From: Eledone cirrhosa
Lineage: Eukaryota
Assembly (NCBI GenBank): GCA_964016885.1
Contig: OZ024741.1
Span: 375,534,001-375,598,000 of the forward strand
Direction of reading: 5' to 3'
DNA: 64,000 bases
A program made the translations under genes and the position numbers. The notes beneath the pieces are model-generated. The model searched no databases and had not been told where the DNA came from. It was given only the letters and a program-made list of their open reading frames with translations. Shown here piece by piece: positions 37,005-50,200 of the stretch. Position 1 is the stretch's first letter, and each line of letters opens with the position of its first letter.

Positions 37005-37300
37005 GAATGAGATGTATAGTGTGTAGAGGAATGTAGGAAAGAGCGTAAAAAATAAAAATAATAACATGAGATTGAGTTACCTTGGGAGAGATTTATTTGT
37101 CCCTATATTTCGGATTCGCATCCATCAACTGGGGGGTTTTCCGTGTGGGGGGGGGGGGGGAGTTATCTGTCGGAGAGCAATGGTACGTGACCTCTGCTGT
37201 CCGCTGTTTGTGACTAACTGAGTAACTCCCAAGGTAACTATCTCGTGTTATTATTTTTATTTTTTACTCTCTTTCCTACGTTCCTCTACACACCATAAGT
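37005..37300. mobile_element. Penelope-like pseudo-LTR remnant with ~70-bp inverted repeats and a decayed hammerhead
   Basis: gtgtagaggaatgtaggaaagag..aataataacatgaga..gttaccttgggag is mirrored at 37225-37292. Minus strand 37100-37134 reads CCC-CAGTTGA-T-GGAT gcga ATCC-GAAA-TATA-GGG. Confidence 0.55.
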
Positions 37301-37682
37301 CCTTCATTCATCATATATATATATATTTATATATCCAGCGAATGTAATGTCAAGTTACTGTAGGTTCACCCAGGAGAGCACTCATGTTTAGGTTCACGTC
37401 AGTGGTGAGGTGTAGAGTTACAGACATTTCTATGCTTTATATGTTCATTCTGTCATTACAACAGTAGATATCTGACAAGCTTTTGATTCCAGTGTCGGGC
37501 CAGATCGATACAGTGAGCTGATCAATACTGAAACGCACGTCACCAATCAATAAACGTAATGAAAGCTTAACAAATCGTCCTTGTATAATTATATATATAT
37601 ATATATGTAGACATGGAGATATATATATTATAGTATATACATACATACATACATACATATATATATATATAGTATATACATG

Positions 37683-37725
<43 letters not shown>

Positions 37726-38282
37726 GAGAGGTATAGAGATTGTTTTAGCAAGAAGCTAACAGCATTCTATAACATATATGCGACTATAACGTCAAGATGG
37801 GAATATATATATATATGTATATACTATAATATATATTGAGGGTTCTTTCTTTAGTGATTACAATCCTGCAACTATATATACATAAATGCCTTGTGTTATT
37901 TACTTTTGTCCCTTTCTCTTCTGACTTCAAATCCTGCCTAGGATATCTTTAAGTGTTCATACTTCTGAGATCAATAAAATAAGTACCGTTAGAGTAGTGG
38001 GTGTTAATATAATCAAATACACACTCACATACGCACACACAGACACACACATGCGTAAACAACCACGAGCAAGAAAGAAAGAGGTACATATATATATAGA
38101 GAGAGAAGGAGGGAAAGATAGAGGGAGAGGTAAAGCATGAAGAATTTTTCAATGTGTATATGTATGAGTGTGTATTTATTTATATTTGTATGTGTGTTTG
38201 TGCATATGCCTGTGTATTTGTGTATGCGTGTCCGTAGTAAAATTATTATGAGCTTCCATCTGATGCTGTGTATGACATTGAT

Positions 38283-38457
38283 GTCGCTACTGCTGCTACT
38301 GCTACTGCTGCTACTGTTGCTGCTACTGTTGCTGCTACTGCTGCTACTGTTGCTGCAGTTGTTGTTGCAAACAGTGTTTCTGCTACCAGAGCAGCTGTTG
38401 CTGTTATTACCACCACCATCACTAGCTACTACAATTACTACTACTACTACTACTAAA

Positions 38458-38515
<58 letters not shown>

Positions 38516-38593
38516 GCACCACTACTACTACTACTACCTCCTCCACCCTCTACTATAATACTACTATACTACTACTACTACCTCCTCCACCCA

Positions 38594-38635
<42 letters not shown>

Positions 38636-38678
38636 CACCACCACTACTACTACTACCACCACCACCACCACCACCACC

Positions 38679-38749
<71 letters not shown>

Positions 38750-38825
38750 CACCACCACTACTACTACTACCACCACCACCACCACCACCACCACCACCAC
38801 CACCACCACCACCACCACCACCACC

Positions 38826-38872
<47 letters not shown>

Positions 38873-39098
38873 CACCACCACCACTACTACTACTACCACC
38901 ACCACCACCACTACCACCACCACCACCACCACCACCACCACCACTACTACTACCACCACCACCACCACCACTACTACTACCACCACCACCACCACCACCA
39001 CCACCACCACCACCACCACCACCACTACTACTACCACCACCACCACCACCACTACTACCACCACCACCACCACCACCACCACCACCACCACCACCACC

Positions 39099-39159
<61 letters not shown>

Positions 39160-39212
39160 TCACCACCACTACTAATACTACTACCACCACCACTGCTACT
39201 ACTACTGCTGCA
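38283..39212. repeat. Compound trinucleotide microsatellite (CTG/CTA/CCA)n, ~0.9 kb
   Basis: Direct inspection. Explains the poly-L/P/T/V ORFs. Confidence 0.97.
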
Positions 39213-39469
39213 GTGCTGCCTCTGACTTACTGTTGATGCTAAATTATCTATATTGATCGATCCAAATCAGCCGACAATTTTGTATGTGTAGTGTATATAG
39301 TGTATACAGTGTGTGTATGTAAATATATATGTATGTATATATGTGTGAGTGTGTGTGTATGTGTATGTATGTATTACGGATGGTGTGTGTTTTTGTGTAG
39401 AGTTATGTATAGTATATGTGTGTGAGTATGAGAGAGATGTATGTGCAGGTTGATTATTTCTTTAATTGA

Positions 39470-39930
39470 ATTGTATGTGTTGTAAATGTGTATTATAAAT
39501 GTGTATCTGACAGATGTGTGTTTGTGTGTTAGTGTGTGTGTTATAAATGTGTATGTGACAGATATGTGTTAGTGTGTGTGTTATAAATGTGTATCTGACA
39601 GATGTGTGTTTGTGTGTCAGTGTGTGTGTTATAAATGTGTATGTGACAGATATGTGTTAGTGTGTGTGTTATAAATATGTATGTGTCAGATGTGTGTTAT
39701 AAATGTGTGTTATGCTTTTGTGTTTGACAGATGTGTGTTAGTTTGTGTGTTATAAATGTGTGTCTGACAGGTGTGTGTTGTGAATGTGTGTTATGTGTGT
39801 GTGTCTGACAGATGTGAGGTTGCGTATATGTGTTGCAAATGTTGGTGTTTTCGTGTGTCTGACAAATGTGTGTTTGTGTGTGTTTTGAATGGGTGTCTTA
39901 CAGATGTGTGTTTGTGTTTGTGTGTGTGTA
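39470..39930. repeat. GT-rich minisatellite (gtgtgttataaatgtgtat(c/g)tgacagat)
   Basis: Repeated units of about 40-50 bp. Confidence 0.8.
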
Positions 39931-40734
39931 CATTTTGAATGTATGTCTGAGTGTGTTTGCATGTGTGTTAATGTATGTGTTTATTGAGAAAGACACCAAA
40001 GAAAACAGTAAAGGGGGGGGGGGTCTATGGGTATTTGTGTGTGCTTGTGTCTGTTAAAGAAATGAAGAAGATAAAGAGACAGAATTCTATAGTATTTTAC
40101 TAGAAAATACTACTTGTTAAAGTGTGATTCTATTCCTTACCTTATCTTTCTCTCATCTACTCTTTCTTTTCCTCTCTCTTTCCCTCTCTCTTTCTCTCTC
40201 TCTTCCTCTCTCTTTATAACTATCATACTTTCTCCTCCTCTTCCTCACTTTTCCTTATCTATATAACATGCATATATCCTTATAGACATATCCATATGCA
40301 CACACACATGTGTGTTTGAGTGATCTGTGTGTGTTTACATTATAATATATATATAAACGATGATGATGATATATATATATATACATATATTTATAAACAT
40401 ATATGTATAAGTGTACATGTGAGCGTGTGTATGTATATGTGTGGGCAGTGCAATATATATATATATATAAATATGTATATGTATTTACATCTGAACACTT
40501 TTGACAATCTACCCCCCTCTCTCTCTTGTTCCTTAGCTCTTTTACTCTCTTCTTTTCTCTCATCCACACCCACTCTTCCACTCTCCTCTCTATTAAATCT
40601 CTTGCACCATTTTCCCACCTGATCTTTTTCTCTTTCTCTTTATCTTCCTTTCAATATCCCCCTCTCTCTTTTTTCTCTTCCTCTTTGTATCCCCTCTCTC
40701 TCTATTCATTTCTATCAACACCTGTTCCCCACAA

Positions 40735-41125
40735 CTATCACCACTGACACCATCATCAACACCTCCTCCACCACCACCACCACTACCATAACCATCACCA
40801 ACAGCACCACCACCATCATCAACACCACTGCCACCGCCATCAACACCATCATTAACACCAACACCATTGCCATCGCCACCACCACCATCATCAACATCCC
40901 CTTCCACCACCACCACTACCGTAACCACCACCAACACCACCACCACCACCACCATTACCACCACCACCACCACCATCACCACCACTACCACCACCACCAC
41001 CACCACCACCACCACCATCACCATCACCACCACCACCACCATCACCATTACCACCACCATCACCACCACCACCACCACCACCACCACCACCACCACCACC
41101 ACCACCACCATCACCACCATCCATC
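40735..41125. repeat. (CCA/TCA)n microsatellite
   Basis: Direct inspection. Confidence 0.95.
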
Positions 41126-42740
41126 ATTCCATGAATATTAATCATGTAATGCCCTGTTGCTAGGGATTACTATGATGTCTTGCATCCTCCACAATCATAT
41201 CAGCATAATTCATTCACAAAACAACAGCAGCAACAACAACAACAATAAACAGCAAATTAAAATAATCTATATACTCTCCCTCTCTCATGCCTCTTGCTTT
41301 CTTTTCTCTCTTTCCCTCTCTATCTTTCTCTCCATCTCTTTCAGTCTCTTTCTCTCTTGCTCTTTCTTTCTTACTTTCACTTTTACTTTCCCTCTCTCTC
41401 ATGCTTCTGTTACTCTCTTTTCTACCTTTCCCTCTCTCTCTCTTTATCTCCATTTCTTTATATCTCTTTCTCTCTCTCTTTCTTACACTCTCCTCTCTCT
41501 CTCTCTCTCTCATTCTTACTCTGTCTCTCTTCTCTCTCTCTCTCTTTCTTACTCTCCCTCTCCCTCTCTCATCACTTCACTGTCTCAACATACACACACA
41601 TAAATTAATACTACACTCATTCTACTTCTTTTTTTCTCCTCTCTATATTCTCTCTTCCTCTTTCTCCTACTACTTCCTCATCATCTCTCTGTCATTCAGT
41701 CTCTCTCTCTCTCTCTCTCTCTCTGCCATCTCATCATAGATTTTCCTCTACAATGGATGCCGTAGCTTTACTCCAAGCTCGGCTTGGCTATTTCATTTCA
41801 TTCTCTCACATTTAAAAAAATGGCCAAAATTTTCACGCCAGCATCAGCATATAACAACAACAGCAACAACAACAATTACAACAAGACAATTATACACACA
41901 ACATCAAACGTGTATACATATATATAAACAAAAACATACATCATATATACATCATATACGCACCCAGTGTTTGTTGGTTGTTGTGAAGGAAATTACAAAA
42001 TTGATATCATCTGTCATCTCTAATCAACTGGACATACCATCAGAGCCAACAATAACACTGTTGTAAAAACCATAATTATTATAACAACAACAACTACTAT
42101 TATTACAAATACTGCTGCTGTTGTTGTTGCTGTTGCTGCTGCTGCTGCTTGACACCATTGGTCAGTACCAATATAACAAAACTTGACCGTCATGTTGAAA
42201 ATACAGCGGGTACCATGTCCAGACATAACGTTCAGGTAAAATATGTCTAATACATTATGTACACCCTGTGTATTATGTTTTGTTATTTTGTTGTTTAGTT
42301 TTGGTTCATTAGGGTTAGTCCTTTGCAAGATGGACTATGTATGGATTCACATTTCTTATATATATGTGTGTGTATGCGTGGGCACATGTAATAAGCCGCT
42401 CACTGTGAACACGACGGAGTTCCATAGCTATCGATAAACACCTGATGACATTATCCATGGTTGTAATAAATGCCTTCCGCTATATGTGCATGTGTATATA
42501 TATATATATATTGTTATACTTTGGACTTTGGGAGGGTCATGTTGCACACACCAGTTGCTTTCACTCCAATTTATTATAAATTAAAAAATAAAAAAAAAAA
42601 ATTTTTTTTCAAAAAATTTATAAATTTCCGGTTGGTTGGTGCGTGTATTTCTTATTGGCAACATGACCCTCCCAAAGTATAACAATATCGGTTTCAACAC
42701 ACGTTTTCAGATAAAGAATCTTGCTAAACAAATTCAGAAA

Positions 42741-42776
<36 letters not shown>

Positions 42777-43255
42777 GCACATATAGTGGAAGGCATTTAT
42801 GTATATGTGTATATATTTTATATATGTATATATTTGTATATATATTTTGTGTCCTGTTTTTATCCTGTAAAAGTCAACAAGTACTTAATACTGCATATAT
42901 ATAGTATTGGCATTACGGAGTGTAATGTATGAATGTATGACAAGCAATATTACATATCACAAATCCAGACAAGGCTGATTGCCTTTGAATATGGGTTTGT
43001 GATTATGACACACACAAATACATACAAAAGAGTCTGATATGCTGTCAGTTAATTTGCTAGAAATAGTAACCAAATATTCCTACCACATCCTATAAAAATG
43101 GAAGGAAACATTGGTTAGTATAGTCCAAGATATTTAAGAGATTAAGATAGAAAGAAGATGAGTTAGACATGGTGAGAAATCATTTCATCATACTTTCCTC
43201 TTGATCTTATGACATGGGGGTTAGACAACAACACACATAAAATGTCTGTATGATG

Positions 43256-43407
43256 TAAGTATGTATGTATGTATGTATGTATGTATGTATGTATGTATGT
43301 ATGTATGTATGTATGTGTGTGTATGTATGTATGAATATATGTATGTATGTATGTGTGTGTGTTAGTATGTATGTATGTATGTATGTATGTATGTATGTAT
43401 GTATGTG

Positions 43408-43439
<32 letters not shown>

Positions 43440-43495
43440 TGTATGTGTGTGTAAGTGTATGTATGTATGTATATATATATATATATATGTATGTA

Positions 43496-43526
<31 letters not shown>

Positions 43527-43560
43527 GTGTGTGTAAGTATGTATGTATGTATGTATGCAT
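43256..43560. repeat. (TATG)n microsatellite
   Basis: Direct inspection. Confidence 0.95.
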
Positions 43561-43771
43561 GAAATGATAATAATTATTCTCATTATGGTTGTTGTTGTTG
43601 TTCTTCTGATATTATTATTATCATTATTATTAAAATAAAAACCATTATTATAATAATTATGAATTTCATATCTCAGTCATTGATGTTATTTAACTGGAAA
43701 ATTTACCCTAATGAACATCAAGCCACTACCTGCAGCCTCCGATATTCAGGATGTTTCGGAGGGTCCTGCTG

Positions 43772-43804
<33 letters not shown>

Positions 43805-43896
43805 CCCATCATCATAATCATCGTCATCATTATTATGTCACAGAGACTGCGTCATAGAATTGGGTTGTGCCATATTATTCAGAAAATACTCTGTGA

Positions 43897-43946
<50 letters not shown>

Positions 43947-44112
43947 AAATGTAACACATAATACATTTTTATATGTATATATATATATATATACATACAT
44001 ATATATATATATATATAGTAATAATAATGATAAATGTGAAGACTAAAATCCGAAGAGGGCTTGTTAAAGATAATATATATATAAAAATATATAAAACCAT
44101 AGAGCAAATATT

Positions 44113-44239
44113 TATTAAAATAACAGATTAAAGTTTAAGCAAAGAATCGCTGCTTTCACCCTTAATGAGATCTTCTGAAGATCCCATTAAGGGTGAAAGC
44201 AGCAATTCTTTGCTTAAACTTTAATCTGTTATTTTAATA
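44113..44239. repeat. 127-bp near-perfect palindrome centred on a hammerhead-like core
   Basis: Two 63-bp arms around position 44176 with two mismatches. Contains CTGAAGA-T-CCC attaa GGG-T-GAAA. One arm recurs at about 139-204. Confidence 0.85.
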
Positions 44240-44261
44240 TATATATATATATATATATACA

Positions 44262-44436
44262 CGAGGTGGTGCTGAAATGTTCCTGGCTTTGGGTGAAAGA
44301 AAATACAGGAGGAGCAGTTAATAATTTTATTCAACATATTCCCCTCTCAGAGTCACACACCTATTGCAGTGGTCCTACCACCCCTGTAAAAGTAACAGCT
44401 CTACCCTTTTGTGATACCCTTTTCAACACCACCTCG
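44262..44436. mobile_element. mariner-derived MITE
   Basis: TIRs CGAGGTGGTG(C/T)TGAAA at both ends, within (TA)n. Confidence 0.75.
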
Positions 44437-44622
44437 TATATATATATAATTGGAATGACTAGATCTCCACATTATTAAACCATCTAACATAAATACTATA
44501 TATATATAAGTATATATATATATATATACAATCCATGTCACTGTGAAGTGGATTTTAATGACACTGATGAAACATATATATAAACTATATTCATGCATAT
44601 GTATATATATGTGTATGTCTCA

Positions 44623-44653
<31 letters not shown>

Positions 44654-44748
44654 CTGTATATATAAATATTTGAAAAGTAAACAATACAGCAATACAGTAC
44701 AATGAAGATATATATATTAGTTTAATGCTTGATATAGTAGGAAAAGAG

Positions 44749-44784
44749 TCTTAATGTTTCAGACACTAGTCCTTCATCAGAAGA
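44749..44784 (-). ncRNA. Minimal hammerhead motif, same family as 8246-8281
   Basis: TCTT-CTGATGA-A-GGAC tagt GTCT-GAAA-CA-TT-AAGA. Flanks resemble 8160-8290 and 54610-54730. Confidence 0.6.
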
Positions 44785-44953
44785 TAGAAGGAGTAATAAA
44801 AGAAGATAGAAAGAAAGAGGCGAGTGAAAAGAGGAAGACACAGGGAAATATGTATGCAAATATATATTAGATTTGAGGAATACATGGAGGAATTCGAGAT
44901 ACATATATTTGTTTTGTATACTGTTTGTTTATCATCATCATCATCATCATCAT

Positions 44954-44988
<35 letters not shown>

Positions 44989-45769
44989 TCATGATCATCA
45001 TCATCATCAGCAGCAGCAGCAGCATTGATATTCTTAATGTGCAGTGAGTATTGGACTAAATACCTTGTTGGTATTTAGTTATGTCCCTTTGTGTTTGGAG
45101 TTCACCCACAAATGGTGTGATGTTTTTGACCTTCACCTCTTTTGGTTTCAGTCTAGAAATAGGTACCAGTAATATATTGATGTTGATTGGTAGAAATCAC
45201 TATACTCCTTTCCTATAAACTGTGACATCATCATGCCAATGGGAGAAACAATCATTATTATTATTATTGTTATTACTGTTATCGTTCTATGGAAGCTTGT
45301 TCTAATTCAACAAAAGCTTGCTATTTGTACTATACAGTTGGGGTTGACAGTGTGTTGGTATGTTGTGTGTTGTATATGCACATATGTGGCGGGTGTCAGT
45401 GTATGTATGAATGCTTGGGTGTATATTTGAGTGTGTATATGTATGTGTGTCTGGGTGTACTGATACCTGACCCTAAAATTTTGTGGGAATCAGATTTTAA
45501 ATGCCTAAATGCACATATACATCTGTGTGTGAGTATAATATTTAGACACACACACACATGCAGACAAACAGACAGACATATATGCATATATATACTTACA
45601 TATACATACACATGCACATACACACACTCGTAATAATGCATATGTATATATATATATATATATATGCATGCACATATATGTGTATTTTTTCCTCTTATAT
45701 ACTTTATAAACGGTGGTGGAAGGATGAACATAGAGTGCAAAAGGGAGAAAGTGAGAGACCGTATAATTC

Positions 45770-45811
45770 CCCCTCGCTATAAATTGTTGGCCTTGTGCCT
45801 AAATAAGTAAC

Positions 45812-45861
<50 letters not shown>

Positions 45862-46290
45862 GAGGGAGGTGGATTGGTAGTATTGGTAGAGAGTCAGAAA
45901 ACATGGTTTGTGGCATATATTTATGGCTCTTTACGTATTGAGTTCAAATCTCTTTGCCTTTCTTCTTTACGGGTTTGATAAAATGAAGTACCAGTAACGT
46001 ACTGGTTTGATTTAATCCATTTTCCCCTCCCCAGAATTGCTGGCCTTGCGCCTAAAATAGAAACCATTATTATTATTATTATTTGCATAAGGAGGTGGAT
46101 TAGCAGTCTCGGTAAAGAGTCAGACAACATGCTTTGCAACATTGAATTATGGCCCTTTATGCTCTGAGTTCAAATCCTGCTGAGGTTAGCTTTTCCTTTC
46201 ATCCTTACAGGGTTGATAAAGTGAAGTACCAGTAACACTCCAAAAATTGTTGGCATTGTGCCTTATTTAGAAACCATTATTATTATTTGC
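45770..46290 (+). mobile_element. Head-to-tail chain of Meta/MESC-like SINEs separated by (ATT)n
   Basis: Tail ggc(c/a)ttg(t/c)gcct...aacc(att)n ends at about 45812, 46066 and 46276. Heads ggaggtggatt(g/a)g at 45865 and 46091. Confidence 0.75.
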
Positions 46291-47257
46291 ATGAGAAAAG
46301 GGAATTCCAGATGGTAGCTGTTAGTCAAAACATCATGTATTATTGAATTAGGTCAACAACACTCCAATCTGTGTTCAACCCCCATTGTGGTTGATATTGC
46401 CTTTAAATCTTTTATTACCTTGTTTCTAATAAGAGACACTACATTATGATTTCCAAATAATTTTGAAAATAATCAAGAATTTGCTGTCATTTAGTAATAT
46501 AATTTTCTCTAAGCTGTTGTTTGGAACATGATTTATCAAAAGTCTTATTATAGAAATGTATTAAAACACACCCAGCCCACTCTGTAAAGTGGTGATGCTG
46601 GTGCCATAATGAGAAAAAGCCAGTCCAACCGGTAAGGTAGTAGTGTTTGTACCATGATGAAAAGCAATCAGTCCACCCTGTAAAGTGTTAGTGTTGATGC
46701 TACAATGAAAAACACTCAATCCACTCTGTAAAGTTCAGAGTCGCAATAAAATGCTTACAATATACACTGTAAAGTGTTGGCATTAGGAAAGATATCCAGC
46801 TATAGAAACCATGCTCCCAGTACACACTGTAAAGTGGTTGGCATTAGAAAAGGTGCTCAGCCATAGCAACCAAGCCAAAAATGGAGTATCCAAGCAAGAC
46901 ATAGTCACCCGACCTGTCTAACCTCAGTATGTGACAACTCATCTAACTTATGCATGCATGGCAAATAGACATAAAATGGTGATGATAATAATAATGAGGA
47001 TGAAAGACAAACAAACAGTTTTGTATTGTAGAACTAGGGTCAGGTCAGTTTCAAAAGATTTTGGTATGAAAATGTTTAATATTTCTGTGGTTGATAAAGC
47101 AATGACCAGTCATACACATATGTCAATTTATTTAACTTTATCCTTTCCTTTCATGATACTAATGTAAGAAATTGTAACGCTCTGATTTGACCTCAGTGAC
47201 AAATCAATTATTTCTGTATATATTAATATATTTTTTGAAGACACATGATTTAGTAGT

Positions 47258-47580
47258 TAGAACATTAGGCTTGCAATTGGGAGATTGTGAGTTTGATTCT
47301 CGGACCAGGTAATGCATTGTGTCTATGAGCAAGACAAATTATTTCATGTTGCTCCTGTTTAGTCAGCTGTAGAAATGAGTAGAGAGGTCACTGGTATCAA
47401 GCTGTATCGGCCATCGCCTTTCCATGGACAACATCAGTGGCATGGACAGGAGAGACCAATATGCATTGGTGACTGTTAGTCTTCCACAAACAACCTTGCC
47501 CAGACTTATGCTTCGGAGAGGAACTTTTTAGGTGCAAATTCCATGATCATACATGACCAAAGGGTGTCTTTACCCATTTT
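47258..47580 (+). mobile_element. CORE-SINE with a different 3' half
   Basis: Same tRNA head and CORE as 8360, then an unrelated body ending gggtgtctttaccc-T-rich. Confidence 0.65.
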
Positions 47581-48246
47581 TTACTATATAATTTTTAATA
47601 GTCTAAGAAATGACAGCCAATAGAGGCACTTGTCCTTGGTGGTCTGGCTCATCCAGGATCTTTGGGATCCCTTAATTGGCTCTAGATATTTCAATGAACC
47701 CATAAGGATGAAGGCAAAGTTAACATTGACATGAAATAATGATGATAAAGATGAATAGTCTTAATTTAATTGTGAGATTTCACTGCATTATTGAGTGCAG
47801 TTCTATGGACCGTGTGTAGACGCAGTGTTTTATTTTTGTTTTTGTTTTTTTTTCTGTTGTATTGAAAGTATTCTACGTAGTATATATGCAATGCCTAGTA
47901 GCTGTAGTGGATTAAGGGGAGGGCTGACTGGGCTGTTGCCAGGGGCCCCACAATATTTAACCCTTTTGATACCAATCTGCCCAAAACTGCCCTGTTTCTA
48001 TGAAACAAAACTATACATTTTAAAAGGTTCTTACTTAAATTAAAACCTTTTAACATAATTTCATATTAGAACATTTTGTTATGTTTCAAATATCAACTTA
48101 ATGAAATTATAATTTTTGTAAATCTTTCTCAAATTCTACATTAATCAATTAAAATACAAAGTATTAGAAATATGCTGACGACAAGGTTAAAGAAGAAGTA
48201 GTAGTAGTAATAGTAGTATTAGTAGTGGTAGTAGTAGTGTTAGTAA

Positions 48247-48278
<32 letters not shown>

Positions 48279-49033
48279 ATAGTATATTGCATAGTAAAGT
48301 TAAGGGGTAGGTGAAAAATGGGCTGGAGGAAAACATTTAATTCTCTACCACCTCCTAAGCTATAACTCACCTCCCTCCTATATACCTATATCAATACACG
48401 AGCCAAAAGTGCCTCTATGTGGTCACTTGACTTGCTAACATTTCTAGTCAAATCTCCCCTGAATTGTACTTTGCTGTTTTAAAAACAGAAAAGATACCAC
48501 AGTGGCTAATGTAGTTGCTGACATAAAAAAAGTGGAATAGTCATGCTTGGAGTGTCTTTCATTGTAGGTTTACTTGATTGCTGTTGACTTGGGCTAAATA
48601 ACAAGAACAACATTTACATATATACACACTTTCACATGTACATGAACATACATACAAATTCAAGTACACATGCATATACATATATACATAAACACACACA
48701 CATACAGGCATATGCATGTATATACACAGATATATACGACTCATATACACTTAGATGCCTACATACAGATGAATATTATAGCTATGTACTGAGCTCTTCG
48801 TCTTTTCGTCCCTCTCTCATTCTTACTCTCTCTTGTTGCCTCTCTGTGGGTCTCTCTTGATGTCTCTCTCCTCTCTGTACCTCTATCTCTGTTTCTCACG
48901 TGTCTTCTATCTCTCTCACTCTCTCTCTTTGCTGCCATCTTGATCTTTATATATCTTTACATATAGTCGCCATTTTTTCATCATTATAAACATTCTTCAC
49001 CGCTTATCTTTATATACATATTCATACACGCAC

Positions 49034-49064
<31 letters not shown>

Positions 49065-49271
49065 TGTATGTATGTATGTATGTATAAATGTATATATGTA
49101 TGTATGTATAAATGTATGTATGTATCTATGTCTGTATGTATTAATGTATGTGACATTGTGTATATTTTTGTTAGTGTGTAAATAATGCGTACATATCTAC
49201 TTGCATACATATTATCTACACTTCCACCATACTTACGTACACACACACAGAAGCCCACAAATGTAAATCCA

Positions 49272-49856
49272 GTATTTCTTTAAGGCATCTTCTTCATGGT
49301 AAGCTTTAATTAAACCTGCCTTCTGAGCAATATCCTCTTCACAATGCTTATGGGCCTTCGTGACCTTTGTCCTGTGAACCTTGGCTTGGTCATTGAGTTG
49401 TTCAGTTTCCTGTTTCTCAGCCTTATTCTTGTGGATGTATTCCATTAATACATGCTTATTCTTAAAGATGTGACCTTTGCATTTCAAATAAAGATCATGG
49501 TATAAGTGCTTGTCTATTTCTTGGATTCTCTGTTTTTCTTTAGAAGTCATCATAGCACACATGATGACAAATCTAAAGAATTTTCTGGCACATTTGAGCA
49601 ATGACTGTTCCTTTCCTTTTACCAGGACCCTGGTGTTTTCCTTTTCCTCATGCAATCTTGTTTTTCCTGACACAAGCACAGGAATGGACATACACACATT
49701 AGTGGATAATTAAACCATTTTTCACTAATTTCTTGATATTTGGCCTGAATTGGCATTGGCTATTTCACTGGTTTCATTGGGATCATGACTAACTTTGTTC
49801 CGGTCACATTTAAGGACAGCAGCTGGAAGCTACTTTTGGAGACACAAGTTACTCAT
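49272..49856 (-). pseudogene. RPL19: Processed pseudogene of 60S ribosomal protein L19
   Basis: Intronless: MSNLCLQK*L.AAVLKC..NKV..DPNETSEIANANS ... [34 protein letters not shown]....LNDQA. Contains stops and frameshifts. Confidence 0.95.
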
Positions 49857-49879
49857 GGTTACTAGCAGCTATAAAAATG

Positions 49880-50200
49880 AATTACCAGAGTTGTTAGAAC
49901 GTTGGATATAATGCTTTGTGGTATTCATTTCGGCTCTCTGCTGTCTGAGGTAAAATCCTGCCGAGGTTACTTTGCTTTTCATCCATTTGAGGTCTATAAA
50001 AAAGTACCAGTCAAGTACTGGGGTCAATTCTTTTACTTCCATTCTCTCACTCTCTATCTCTCTTTGGTAGAAATCTGCTGTATTCAGACCTGGAGAGGAT
50101 TGAGCTCCAGCAAGTTTTAGAAATATTGTATATGCCCTAGAAATGCTGTATATCAACACACCACCCCTACGACTCCTTCAGGAGTTACAGGACCATCCAT
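49880..50200 (+). mobile_element. Meta/MESC-like SINE (long-tail variant)
   Basis: Central domain plus tail ending ggagttacaggaccat. Lies tail-to-tail with the copy at 50610-50920. Confidence 0.7.

Noticed and set aside
38137-39225. 362-aa Leu/Pro-rich and poly-Val ORFs
   Set aside because: Translations of a CTA/CCA microsatellite, open in several frames, with no splice or domain support.
40255-41739. Membrane-protein-like Ser/Leu/Phe and Arg/Glu ORFs
   Set aside because: Translations of (CT)n/(GA)n and (CCA)n low-complexity DNA.
47781-47828. Possible miRNA hairpin (cactgc...gcagtg)
   Set aside because: Only the outer 6 bp pair well, and I recognise no mature miRNA.
49233-49697. Functional RPL19 gene from the 154-aa ORF
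   Set aside because: Only the C-terminal part is in the L19 frame. There is an early stop, several frameshifts and no introns.
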